Shown here: piece after piece, positions 8,799 to 18,398 of the stretch
Numbering within the stretch: position 1 is the stretch's first letter
How the letters are laid out: the number at the start of each line of letters is the position of its first letter
NCBI GenBank assembly: GCA_965219995.1
Contig: CBDCOX010000002.1
Span: 704,001-768,000 of the forward strand
Reading direction: 5' to 3'
From: Candidatus Latescibacterota bacterium
GTDB taxonomy: Bacteria > Latescibacterota > UBA2968 > GCA-2709665
Length of the DNA stretch: 64,000 bases
The notes under the pieces: model-generated
The model's input: the letters and a program-made list of their open reading frames with translations, nothing else
Told to the model about the DNA's origin: nothing
Database searches by the model: none
Position numbers and translations under genes: made by a program

Positions 8799-11198
8799 AT
8801 GCAGGACAACAATCTCATTCCTGACAGCCGAGTCGGGATCATCGGAACTGCAGCGCCCGACGTCGCGTGCCTCTGGGACGGCAACATGGAAACCGCGGTA
8901 AAATGGCCGTCTGTGTCCGGAGAATGTGGGTTCGAGGTCCGGTTCGACGGCCATTTCGATTGTCAGGCGGTGGTGCTGAGGTGGCAGGCGATGCCCGCGG
9001 ACTACGATGTCGCCGTCCGCACGTCACATACGTGGCAGGCGGTGGATGCGGTTCGAAACAACGTGGTACTCGGGCCCAGGGTGAAACTGCATCTGCTCGA
9101 AGATGTCCGGGCCGACGGGCTGCGGGTCCGGATATTGCAACCCGTAAGCGAAGACCTGCACGGCAGAAAGGCAGACCCGGGCGGAGCTGTCGCTCTGTGC
9201 GGGGTGGAGGCGTATGCCGCGAATCGGCTACCGGCATATATCCAGTCATTTCTGGATCGGGACTCCCCGGGTCTGGTGACCATCCAGGACGGGCGGTCGC
9301 CCCGCTGCCGCGAAACGCCGGACCCTACCCTGTTGGATGCCTCGGTCCCCACCTGGGAGCCCATCCCGAAGCGGCTCTACAACGGGCAGCAGACAGGGCG
9401 CGAGGTCAACGAAAAGGATTCCGCGAGACGTGCGGCGCTTCAGGGGTGCGCCGAAGCCTTTGCAACAACGGGCGACCCGCGGTATGCCTTGAAGGCGCGG
9501 GAAGTATTGCTGGCAAACATAGCCCATTATGACCGGTACCAGTCGTTCCGGTTCACCGGAATAGACTGGAAAGCCGTCACCTTCCAGGATCCGGCGTATA
9601 ACCTGAGGGAGATGATGGGGGCGTACGACCTGCTCGTCGGGTCGCCGCACCTTGGGTTATCGGATAGACTGCGTTTCCTGTTTTTTCTGTTGGATCTTGG
9701 CGAGTTCCAGTACCTGGCGATGAGGGACCGGTTCGTCGCGCGCGAGAACTGGGCTTCCTGTTCTCTGGCAGAGATGGTCTTTCTGGCGTACTGTCTGCAG
9801 GGTTTTCCGGAGGCGCGCCGATGGCTGAAGTTGGCCGATGAGCTGTATGGGTCCTGTTTCGAGCCCTTCCTGGGCGACGGATACTGGTGGGAATGTTCGC
9901 CTTCGCACTCGGTTTACATGATCCGGGGGATGTGCAGGTACGCGCTGGGCAGGCATCTGTTGGGAGACCCGATATGGTCGAAAGCGTACAGCGGGAAGTC
10001 GCTGGAGTACGTTCTCGAGGCGTTGTGCAAGACCCTGACACCCTTTGGGGAGATCCCGTCCATCAACGACTCCAACGGGAACGACGGCCATCTGCTGACG
10101 GACTATCCGGAACTCCGGGTACCGCTTTACCTGATCGGGCGCGGGGACCTGTTGCGGATGGCGGGGGACACCGGGCCGGCGCCGTCCATGCGCGGGGTAG
10201 CGATCAAGCCCGTCCGGCAGGAGGATCCTCCCTATTCCTCGGCGATGTTGCCCGACGCGGGGCTGGCGGTGATGCGCGACGGGTGGAACCGGGAAGACGC
10301 GTATCTGATTCTCGATTTCGGGCCTCACGGAGGCGGACACGGGCACCCCGACAAGCTGAGCTTCGTGATGTTCGCCAACGGGCACCACTGGATTCCGGAC
10401 GCATCGAATTCGCCGCATTACGGCATCTTCCCGGAGCAGCACACGTGGCACAAGCAGACCATTTCGCACAATACCGTGCTTGTGAATGACCGGAGCCAGA
10501 ACGAATGCACCGGTCAACTGGTATTCTGGCACACCGATGGCGACATCGATATCGTCAGCGCGAATCATAGCGAAGGCTACGAAGGCGTCGTGCACCGCCG
10601 TACAATCGTCCATCCGCGGCGTGGATATTTTCTCATCCACGACGTACTCGATACCGAAGGCGATGGTTTCGACCTGGACTGGCTGTTGCACGTCAATGGC
10701 GAGGTCGAGTCGCAGGCGTCCGGCCGGGTGTGCTTCCGAAACGGGAATGGAAATCAACGGCTGCTGTGGCTTTCCGAGGATATCGGATCCGCGCCCCTGC
10801 CCGTTCATCGCGGCCTGTGCGGCGGATTTCGGAAGCGGGCCTGGAAAGGCCGGGGGTACCCGCCCAAAGGGGGGCCGGGCTGGGTTTATATTCCGTATTT
10901 CCGCCTGCCGAAGCGGATTGAGCCGGGCGGCGGACGCGCCGAGTATTTCTGCGTTCTGTATCCTTTTGCCGGAGACGTGCCGGACGTGGTCGTCGACCGC
11001 GTCGACGACGAACAGGGGCGGGCGTCCGGAATCAGTATCGCCCACGAAGGCATCGTGGATGTCTACGCCGGCGCCGCGCCAGGCTATGACGCCGGACGGC
11101 ATGGCGCCTTTATGTGCGGCGATATAACCGGACGTTCCAGAGCCGTATTCGAGCGGCGGGCCGAGACGGGCGCGGTCTATCGCAAGGAGTGTGACTGA
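8799..11198 (+). CDS. Heparinase II/III-family polysaccharide lyase-like protein with N-terminal discoidin/CBM-like domain
   Basis: DGYWWECSPSH, AGLAVMRDGW, DFGPHGGGHGHPDKLSF, QTISHNTVLVN, HRRTI, FDLDWLLH; no obvious signal peptide. Confidence 0.8.
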   Translation: MQDNNLIPDSRVGIIGTAAPDVACLWDGNMETAVKWPSVSGECGFEVRFDGHFDCQAVVLRWQAMPADYDVAVRTSHTWQAVDAVRNNVVLGPRVKLHLLEDVRADGLRVRILQPVSEDLHGRKADPGGAVALCGVEAYAANRLPAYIQSFLDRDSPGLVTIQDGRSPRCRETPDPTLLDASVPTWEPIPKRLYNGQQTGREVNEKDSARRAALQGCAEAFATTGDPRYALKAREVLLANIAHYDRYQSFRFTGIDWKAVTFQDPAYNLREMMGAYDLLVGSPHLGLSDRLRFLFFLLDLGEFQYLAMRDRFVARENWASCSLAEMVFLAYCLQGFPEARRWLKLADELYGSCFEPFLGDGYWWECSPSHSVYMIRGMCRYALGRHLLGDPIWSKAYSGKSLEYVLEALCKTLTPFGEIPSINDSNGNDGHLLTDYPELRVPLYLIGRGDLLRMAGDTGPAPSMRGVAIKPVRQEDPPYSSAMLPDAGLAVMRDGWNREDAYLILDFGPHGGGHGHPDKLSFVMFANGHHWIPDASNSPHYGIFPEQHTWHKQTISHNTVLVNDRSQNECTGQLVFWHTDGDIDIVSANHSEGYEGVVHRRTIVHPRRGYFLIHDVLDTEGDGFDLDWLLHVNGEVESQASGRVCFRNGNGNQRLLWLSEDIGSAPLPVHRGLCGGFRKRAWKGRGYPPKGGPGWVYIPYFRLPKRIEPGGGRAEYFCVLYPFAGDVPDVVVDRVDDEQGRASGISIAHEGIVDVYAGAAPGYDAGRHGAFMCGDITGRSRAVFERRAETGAVYRKECD

Positions 11199-11297
11199 TC
11201 GCCCGCCGGGCTTCCGGGCAGGCTCGCGGGTGTTCCGCAGGGCAAAGCGTCGGTGTGGCACGGGAGGGGCGGTCCGCGGAAAAGGAGGTTGTGCGTT

Positions 11298-12083
11298 TTG
11301 GACAGCGAACATGTCTTTGGAGGGTTGGATGGCCGGCAGCGGCCCGGAAAACCCCGCGACGTGGGGTTGACCATGGTGGTGGACTGGGGTCTTGGGCCGG
11401 GGGCGCAGTCTGATTTGATAGAGACCTCGGCACAATTTCTTGATTTCGCGAAGGTTGCCGTCGGCATTTCGAGGCTCCTGGCCAACGATGTTCTCAAGAC
11501 GAAGATACGTCGCTATCTGGAAGCCGGCATCGAGCCGTTTCCGGGCGGTCAGTACCTGGAATATGCACAGGTTCAAAGAAAGGCGGACCTCTATCTTCCC
11601 GCTGTGGCCGCGGCCGGCTATCGCTGGGTCGAAGTGTCGGACAACATGGCGGTGGTGACCCACGAATGGAAGCTGAAGATGATCCGGCAGGCAGTTTCTT
11701 TACATGGACTGATGGTGTTGGGGGAGGTCGGGCGGAAGGAGGGGCTGGACGCCGCTATTCCCATGGCCGACGACGTGAAGGCGTGTCTCGACGCTGGATC
11801 CCGCGTTGTCCTGCTGGAAGCGGCCGAACTGGTTGACGACGATGCCGACACGGCGAGGCAGGTGGAGCAGGCAGTGGAGGCCGCCGGCCTTGAAAACGTC
11901 ATGTTCGAATTGCCGGGGCCATGGATCTCCGGGGTGAACCCGCACCACGTCCACGCGATGCGGCGAACCCTCGTGGATCGGTACGGTGCGGAGGTAAACC
12001 TGGGCAACGTGCTGCCGGACGATCTGATGACGCTGGAAGCCTATCGCCGGGGACTGGGCGTCAATGCGGGGAGCGACCAATGA
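11298..12083 (+). CDS. Phosphosulfolactate synthase (ComA) family protein, divergent
   Basis: AGGAGG RBS then TTG; KPRDVGLTMVVD, PGGQYLE, VEVSDN, EVGRK, VNLGNV, LEAYRRGL. Confidence 0.8.
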   Translation: MDSEHVFGGLDGRQRPGKPRDVGLTMVVDWGLGPGAQSDLIETSAQFLDFAKVAVGISRLLANDVLKTKIRRYLEAGIEPFPGGQYLEYAQVQRKADLYLPAVAAAGYRWVEVSDNMAVVTHEWKLKMIRQAVSLHGLMVLGEVGRKEGLDAAIPMADDVKACLDAGSRVVLLEAAELVDDDADTARQVEQAVEAAGLENVMFELPGPWISGVNPHHVHAMRRTLVDRYGAEVNLGNVLPDDLMTLEAYRRGLGVNAGSDQ

Positions 12084-13270
12084 GACTTGTGGATGACGGT
12101 GCCGGAATCCGGATCGACGACGAGTTTCCATGCAGCAGCGCCGGCGAGATGCGGGTCGAAGGCGACGGCAGCTACGAAATCGGGTACCAGCCGGAGGAGA
12201 TACCTCGATGGTTTCAGGACCTGCTGGACGAGCTGTTCGACGGGGCGGGGGTACCCAAAGAATACATGGCCCACGTGCGCGTGCGCAATTCGAGCGACGC
12301 CGCACGGCGGGTGAAGCTGCGGTTTCTGCTGAGCCGAAAGGGGTCGAACTACATGTATCCGCCCTGGTGGGTGTGGCGGGGGGACACGGGATGGGCCTGG
12401 CTGGCGCCTGAAGATACGGACTACCACGAGCATGAATACATGGACGCATACGTTGAAGTCCGCCCGGGCGAGGCCGTCCGCGTGGCCTCGGCGCCCTATG
12501 AGACGCCGGACACGGTACTCGAGAAGGCGCGCCGGCTTGCGGAATGTTCAGACGTCTGGACCTGTCGGGAGATCGGGACATCGGCCCAGGGGCGCCCCCT
12601 TCCGGTCCTGGAATCGCCGCCACGCGAACTGAAACTCCTGGTGGACGCGACCATGCAGTCCTGCGAGCCGGTTTCGTGGGGGATCATGCACGTCGCGCAC
12701 TGGTTGACCATTCCTACGTCACGCGCGCAGCGGCTGCTGGAAAACGTGCAGTTCTGCCTCATGCCGATGTTGAATCCCGATGGCGTATTCGCGGGTCACA
12801 GCGTGACCAACGCGGTCGGCGAGGTGCCCAAGTTCGGGATCAACAACCTCGTTGAAGGCAGGGGCGCCTCAAGGGAAACCGAAGCCCTTTGGAAGTATCT
12901 GCTGGATGTCCGGCCGGACGCGTCGATCGAGGTGCATGCCCATTTTACGCGGGAGGGATTCAACCGGAGCATCGGCATGCACGACAAGGATTCCATGCCG
13001 CGGGCACTGCGCGAAAAAGGCGCCGTCGTCGAGGCGGCGATTGTGGAGAATTATCACGTTCCACCACTGGAAAACCGGAAGGTACTGATCGATCCCAGAG
13101 AGCCGGAACATAACGTGTATGGAGACCGCTACGTCAGCGAACACGCGGGCACGATCCGGACGTTTCTTCAGGCTGTTCCGGATAGCATCGAGTCCCATTG
13201 CGCCGACGTGAGAGAGATGACGGAGACCATCGCGAACGCCCTGATTTCGTGGAAGGAGCGCGGCGCATAG
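12080..13270 (+). CDS. M14 zinc-carboxypeptidase-fold protein with atypical metal site
   Basis: ATGA overlap with the ComA-like gene; IGTSAQGRPL, PMLNPDG, ETEAL, IEVHAH; HxxE motif reads QSCE. Confidence 0.7.
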   Translation: MRLVDDGAGIRIDDEFPCSSAGEMRVEGDGSYEIGYQPEEIPRWFQDLLDELFDGAGVPKEYMAHVRVRNSSDAARRVKLRFLLSRKGSNYMYPPWWVWRGDTGWAWLAPEDTDYHEHEYMDAYVEVRPGEAVRVASAPYETPDTVLEKARRLAECSDVWTCREIGTSAQGRPLPVLESPPRELKLLVDATMQSCEPVSWGIMHVAHWLTIPTSRAQRLLENVQFCLMPMLNPDGVFAGHSVTNAVGEVPKFGINNLVEGRGASRETEALWKYLLDVRPDASIEVHAHFTREGFNRSIGMHDKDSMPRALREKGAVVEAAIVENYHVPPLENRKVLIDPREPEHNVYGDRYVSEHAGTIRTFLQAVPDSIESHCADVREMTETIANALISWKERGA

Positions 13271-13340
13271 AGTCGGAAGGGCGGAGGGACATTGCCGCCG
13301 TTGCGGAAACCGGAAACAGGCTCACCCCGAGGAGAGGACC

Positions 13341-14141
13341 ATGAAAATTGGCGTGACACAGATTATTCTGGGTCGGCTGTCGCTGGACGAAACCCTGGAG
13401 CTGTGCGGGACAGCGGGTTACGAGGCCCTGGAACTGGTGTTCAGCGACGGCGGCGACCCCGACGTGAATATGAGCGACGACGAGATCCGGACGGTACGCG
13501 GGAAATGCGATGCCGCCGGCCTGGAAATCGGGAGTTCGATCGCGCAATACCAGGATCGCGGGAACTTCCTGAGCCTGAATTCGGGCGACCGCGAGCAGGG
13601 CGTCAGGTGTCTTGCGCGGTCCATTGAAATCGCGCACGTTCTGGGAATCGACTCGGTGCTGCTGCACCCCGGACAGCTCAATGCCGAGGGCTCGTACGAC
13701 CAGGCCTGGGACCTGATGCTGGGCGCAATCCGTGACCTGGCGCCGTCCGCCGAGGAAAAGGGCGTGTCCGTGGGCATCGAAAACGTATGGAACAAGTTCC
13801 TCCTGAGCCCGAGGGAAATGGCGGCGTTCGTGGACGCGGTCGGGAGCCCGCGCGTGGGCACGTATCTCGACACCGCGAATATGATGGCCTACGGCTTCCC
13901 AGAACACTGGATTCGAGGCCTCGGGAGTCGCATCGTACGCGTGCATTTCAAGGATTTCAGCCGCCGCGAACACCGGTTCGTGGACCTCATGGACGGCGAT
14001 ACCGACTGGTCCACGGTGATGGCCGAATTGCGCGCCATCGGCTATCGTTCTCCGGTGGTCCACGAGGTTTCGGGGAATCGCGAGGCGCAGATCGAGACGG
14101 CGAGGCGAATGAGGAAGATCGTGGCGATGTCGCAGGGATGA
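13341..14141 (+). CDS. Sugar phosphate isomerase/epimerase (xylose isomerase-like TIM barrel)
   Basis: GYEALEL, IENVWNKFLLSP, YLDTAN, RVHFKD, GDTDW; GAGGAG RBS. Confidence 0.85.
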   Translation: MKIGVTQIILGRLSLDETLELCGTAGYEALELVFSDGGDPDVNMSDDEIRTVRGKCDAAGLEIGSSIAQYQDRGNFLSLNSGDREQGVRCLARSIEIAHVLGIDSVLLHPGQLNAEGSYDQAWDLMLGAIRDLAPSAEEKGVSVGIENVWNKFLLSPREMAAFVDAVGSPRVGTYLDTANMMAYGFPEHWIRGLGSRIVRVHFKDFSRREHRFVDLMDGDTDWSTVMAELRAIGYRSPVVHEVSGNREAQIETARRMRKIVAMSQG

Positions 14142-14201
14142 CGGGCGCATCGGGTGCAGGGTTCGGGATCCATCGCCCTGATGGCTGATCCAGGAGTGTT
14201 G

Positions 14202-16214
14202 ATGGCGGAACCGGATAGGATTTCCACACGGGGATTGGCCCGTGTGGCGAGAAACCCCGTGGACACGGCCGTGGAAGACCGAGGCACGACGGTTCGTGCG
14301 CTGGCGTTCGGTCTGTGCGTGGCCCTTGTCATCAGCGTACTGGGCAACGTCGTACGGTATATCCTTCACTCCTCGTTTATGGCGTATAGCCATATGCCGA
14401 TGGGGAACCTGATCGTCTGGCTGCTGTCGATCCTTGTCTGTTCGGCGCTGGCGAAAGGATTCGGCCGGAGGTTCGCGTTCTCCGCCAGCGAGTGGATCAC
14501 GGTCTTTGCCATGGGGTTTATCGCGTCGCTTGGACCGACGTACGGCGTGAGCGGCTACCTCGTGGGCGTCATCGTGACACCCTATTATTTCGCCACGCCC
14601 GAGAACCGGTGGGCCGAGTTTCTGCATCCGTACCTCCCGGAATGGATGATCCCGACCAACAAGGAAGGGGCGATGACCTGGTTTTACGACGGGTTGCCCC
14701 AGGGCGCACCCATTCCGTGGGAAGCATGGACGATGCCCCTGTTCTGGTGGTTTACATTCGTCTGTGCGGTCGCGCTGGCGTGTCTGTGCGCGTCGGTGAT
14801 CATCCACAGGCAATGGTCGGAGCACGAGAAGATCGTGTTTCCGGCGATGGAACCCATTGTGGAGATGGCGGCAAACGCCGGCAAGGGCCGAAGATGGCTC
14901 CCGGAATTCATGGCCGGCAAGGCCTTCTGGACCGGATTTGCAATCGTCTTTTTCGTGTTCAGCTGGAATTTCATCGGATGGTTCAAACCGGGATTTCCCG
15001 TCTTTCCCACGGCGAGGGGTACCTGGATTCCGCTCGGGCAGGCCTTCCCGCCGCAATGGATTTTCGTAAGCACGGTCGTCATCTGTTTTTCTTATTTTGC
15101 CAGCCTCGAGGTGTTGTTCAGTCTCTGGTTTTTCGATCTGGTGTTTATTTTCGAAGGCGGGTTCCTGAACCGGCTGGGGGTTGAGGCGATTTCACCTCAC
15201 TATATGACGGGGCGGTACGGCTGGCAGACGGCGGGCGCTTTTATTGGCATTGCCTTCTGGTGGCTCCTGGTCTCGCGAATCCATCTCTGGCAGGCGTTCC
15301 GGAAGGCGCTGCGGCCCGAGAGCAGCCCGATAGACGACCGGCGCGAACTGATATCCTACCGTGCGGCGTTCATCTGGCTGGGCATCTCAACGCTCTATAC
15401 GATCGCCTGGTTGTGGCAGGCGGGAATGGACCTGAAGGTCATCTGCCTTCTGATTCCCACCATGTTTCTGATTTACTTCGGGGTGGCCAAGATTCTGGCC
15501 GAGACCGGTCACATCTACATCGGATCGGCGACCAGGGGATGGGAGTTGGCGGCCGCCGCGCTGGGGGGCGCCAGCGCCGTGCCGGCGGCCACCCACGCGG
15601 TCATGTACCCGGCATCGGTATCAATCAATCATTTTCGCGCGTACACGTTCTCGCTGGGGATGCATCTGAACCGGCTGGGAGATTTCCTTGCCGGAGGGCA
15701 CAGGTGGTTTTTTGGCGGGGTTTTCGGTGCATTCATCGTGGGTGTGGTGGGATCCACCCTGTTTACGATCTGGTTAGGGTATACCATCGGCGGGTACAAC
15801 TTTCAGCCCAACTGGCTGATTATCCGTGCCGGCGTCGGTGGGTACCAGCGCGGCGTAAACGATATTCTATCGCCGGAACCGACCGAGGTGGAAGACTACT
15901 GGTTCTTTCTGGCGGGCTTTGTCGCGATGATGGCGCTGAACCTGTTGCGGTACCGTTTCAGCTGGTGGCCCGTTCATCCGGTGGGGTTCGCCATCTCGGG
16001 CGCGTGGCTGACGCGGCTGACGAGTTTCACGCTGTTCCTCGCCTGGCTGGTAAAGTTCATCCTGCTGAAGCTGGTGGGGGCGGCGTTCTACAGGAAGTCA
16101 CGTCCATTCTTCATCGGGGCGCTGGCGGCATATATTCTGGTTACAATGCTCGGGCTGATCGTAGACGCCGTATTCTTCGGGAAGCAGGGGCACACGCTCC
16201 ACAAATGGTATTAG
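14202..16214 (+). CDS. Large polytopic membrane protein, DUF6785/DUF6784-type putative transporter (paralog 1)
   Basis: Many TM segments; PYYFATPENRW, RQWSEHEKIVFP, EVLFSLWFF, RYRFSWWPVHPVGF, PFFIG; AGGAG RBS. Confidence 0.8.
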   Translation: MAEPDRISTRGLARVARNPVDTAVEDRGTTVRALAFGLCVALVISVLGNVVRYILHSSFMAYSHMPMGNLIVWLLSILVCSALAKGFGRRFAFSASEWITVFAMGFIASLGPTYGVSGYLVGVIVTPYYFATPENRWAEFLHPYLPEWMIPTNKEGAMTWFYDGLPQGAPIPWEAWTMPLFWWFTFVCAVALACLCASVIIHRQWSEHEKIVFPAMEPIVEMAANAGKGRRWLPEFMAGKAFWTGFAIVFFVFSWNFIGWFKPGFPVFPTARGTWIPLGQAFPPQWIFVSTVVICFSYFASLEVLFSLWFFDLVFIFEGGFLNRLGVEAISPHYMTGRYGWQTAGAFIGIAFWWLLVSRIHLWQAFRKALRPESSPIDDRRELISYRAAFIWLGISTLYTIAWLWQAGMDLKVICLLIPTMFLIYFGVAKILAETGHIYIGSATRGWELAAAALGGASAVPAATHAVMYPASVSINHFRAYTFSLGMHLNRLGDFLAGGHRWFFGGVFGAFIVGVVGSTLFTIWLGYTIGGYNFQPNWLIIRAGVGGYQRGVNDILSPEPTEVEDYWFFLAGFVAMMALNLLRYRFSWWPVHPVGFAISGAWLTRLTSFTLFLAWLVKFILLKLVGAAFYRKSRPFFIGALAAYILVTMLGLIVDAVFFGKQGHTLHKWY

Positions 16215-16322
16215 CGTTCCGTGCGGAAAACGGATTGCCGAATGGCGACGACCTTCCAGGGCGGAAAACCGGGGATTCCCCGGGAGTCCATTGTTCTATC
16301 TCCTGTCTGATTGGGGAATTCG

Positions 16323-18323
16323 ATGGCTGAAACCGGCGCGGCCGTTCGGAACGCCGCGCGACAGAATCCCGATTCGCTTGCGGCGGAGGATCGGGGCATC
16401 ACGCTTCGGTCGATCGCATTCGGCCTGTGCCTGGCCGTAGCCGTAAGTCTCCTGGCCAACACCGTGCTCTACCTTGTCCACGGTTCGCTGATGGCGTACA
16501 GCCATATGCCCATGGGCAACCTGATATTGACCCTGCTGTCCATGGTTTTCTGTTCGGCATTGGCCTTTCGGTTCGGAAGGCCGTTCGTGTTTTCCCGGAC
16601 CGAGTGGTTCACCATTTTCACCATGGGGTTCGTGAGTTCGCTGGGTCCCACCTATGGCGTGAGCGGTTACCTGGTGGGCGTGATCGTGTCCCCGTACTAT
16701 TTCGCCACGCCCGAGAATCGATGGTCCGAGTTTCTGCATCCGTATCTTCCGGAATTCATCTTTCCCCAGAACAGGAAGGGAGAGATGAGCTGGTTTTACA
16801 ACGGTTTGCCCCCGGACGCGGCCGTGCCTTGGGAAAGCTGGGCGGGGCCGCTGTTCTGGTGGTTCACGTTTATCGGAGCGGTGGCGTTCGCCTGCTTTTG
16901 CGCGTCCATCATCATCCACCGGCAGTGGTCGGAATATGAAAAGCTCGTCTATCCGGCCATGGAGCCCATCGTGGAAATTGCGTCCTTCGGGGGTTCGGGG
17001 AAGCGGCTGCTGCCTGAGTTGATGCAGGGTCGGATGTTCTGGTCCGGGTTTTCGGTCAGCGCCTTCATCTATTGCTGGAATATGATCGGCTGGTTTTTTC
17101 CGGCCTTTCCGAGCTTTCGCATGACGCCGGGTTGGTACCTTCCTCTCGCGAGAGACTTTCCCGCCCTGTGGATTTCCTTCAATACGTTTGTGATCTGCTT
17201 CGCCTATTTCGCCAGCCTGGAGGTCCTGTTCAGCCTCTGGTTTTTCGACCTGTTCTTTGTCGTCGAGTCGGGAATCCTGACCCGCCTGGGAATGCCGTCC
17301 TGGCATTCCTACCGGTCCGCCGGCCCGTATACATGGCAGACCACGGGCGCATTCGTCTGTCTGGCCGTTTTCTGGGTCTTGATTTCTCGGCGTCACATCA
17401 GGGACGCATTTCTGAAAGCGCTGAATCCACGCAGCGATCATATAGACGACAGCCGCGAACTCATTTCCTACCGTGCGGCGTTCATCGGTCTGGGTGTCGC
17501 CTGCTGTTACGCCGTCGCCTGGCTCTGGAATGCGGGAATGAACACCGGCGTGATCGCGCTGACGATGCCGACGATGTTTCTCGTCTATCTGGCGATGGGC
17601 AAGATTCTCGCGGATTCGGGTCTGGTTTTTCTGAGTTCGCCGACGTCGGCCCGCAACCTCGTACAGGCTGCATACGGCGGACCCAAAGGCATTCCGGCGG
17701 CGACCCACGCTCTGTTCTATCCGACCGCGGTGGCATTGAGCCATTTCAAAGGAACGATATTCACGTTCGGCATGCACGCCAACCGGCTGGGCGACTTTGT
17801 CGCGGGCAACAAGAGGCGGTTGTTCTGGTCGGTGTGCGCCGCGTTTCTGGTGGGGCTGGTGGCATCCACGCTGTACGTGGTCTGGCTGGGGTACACGGTC
17901 GGCGGGTATAATTTCGAGCCGAACTGGCTGGTGACGCGGGCCGGTCACAGCGGGTTCCAGGGGGCGGTCAGCGACATTATTTCGCCCAAACCGATGCAGT
18001 CGAGCGAATATGTGTTTTTCGTCGTGGGCGTGCTGGCCATGGGGATCATTACGTTCATGCGGTACCGTTTTGCATGGTGGCCGTTTCATCCCATCGGCTT
18101 CGCGCTCTCCGGATCGGCGCTTTCGCATCTGACCGGATTCACGATCTTTCTGGCGTGGAGTCTGAAGGCGATTTTGCTGAGATTTTTCGGGGCCGCGTTT
18201 TACCGGCGTTCACGCCCGTTCTTCATCGGGCTCCTCATCGGATACGTATTTGCGATCGCACTGGGGCTCGTGCTGGATGCCGTCTGGTTCATGCCCCAGG
18301 GCCACCGTATCCATGTATATTGA
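16323..18323 (+). CDS. DUF6785/DUF6784-type putative transporter (paralog 2, tandem duplicate)
   Basis: Same motifs (PYYFATPENRW, RQWSEYEKLVYP, RYRFAWWPFHPIGF); colinear with paralog 1. Confidence 0.8.
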   Translation: MAETGAAVRNAARQNPDSLAAEDRGITLRSIAFGLCLAVAVSLLANTVLYLVHGSLMAYSHMPMGNLILTLLSMVFCSALAFRFGRPFVFSRTEWFTIFTMGFVSSLGPTYGVSGYLVGVIVSPYYFATPENRWSEFLHPYLPEFIFPQNRKGEMSWFYNGLPPDAAVPWESWAGPLFWWFTFIGAVAFACFCASIIIHRQWSEYEKLVYPAMEPIVEIASFGGSGKRLLPELMQGRMFWSGFSVSAFIYCWNMIGWFFPAFPSFRMTPGWYLPLARDFPALWISFNTFVICFAYFASLEVLFSLWFFDLFFVVESGILTRLGMPSWHSYRSAGPYTWQTTGAFVCLAVFWVLISRRHIRDAFLKALNPRSDHIDDSRELISYRAAFIGLGVACCYAVAWLWNAGMNTGVIALTMPTMFLVYLAMGKILADSGLVFLSSPTSARNLVQAAYGGPKGIPAATHALFYPTAVALSHFKGTIFTFGMHANRLGDFVAGNKRRLFWSVCAAFLVGLVASTLYVVWLGYTVGGYNFEPNWLVTRAGHSGFQGAVSDIISPKPMQSSEYVFFVVGVLAMGIITFMRYRFAWWPFHPIGFALSGSALSHLTGFTIFLAWSLKAILLRFFGAAFYRRSRPFFIGLLIGYVFAIALGLVLDAVWFMPQGHRIHVY

Positions 18324-18398
18324 GCGCCCGGGAGTTACCCGTCGGTACGTTAACCTGCACATTACAACGGATAATTGGTCAGAAAGAGGAGCGAACAT

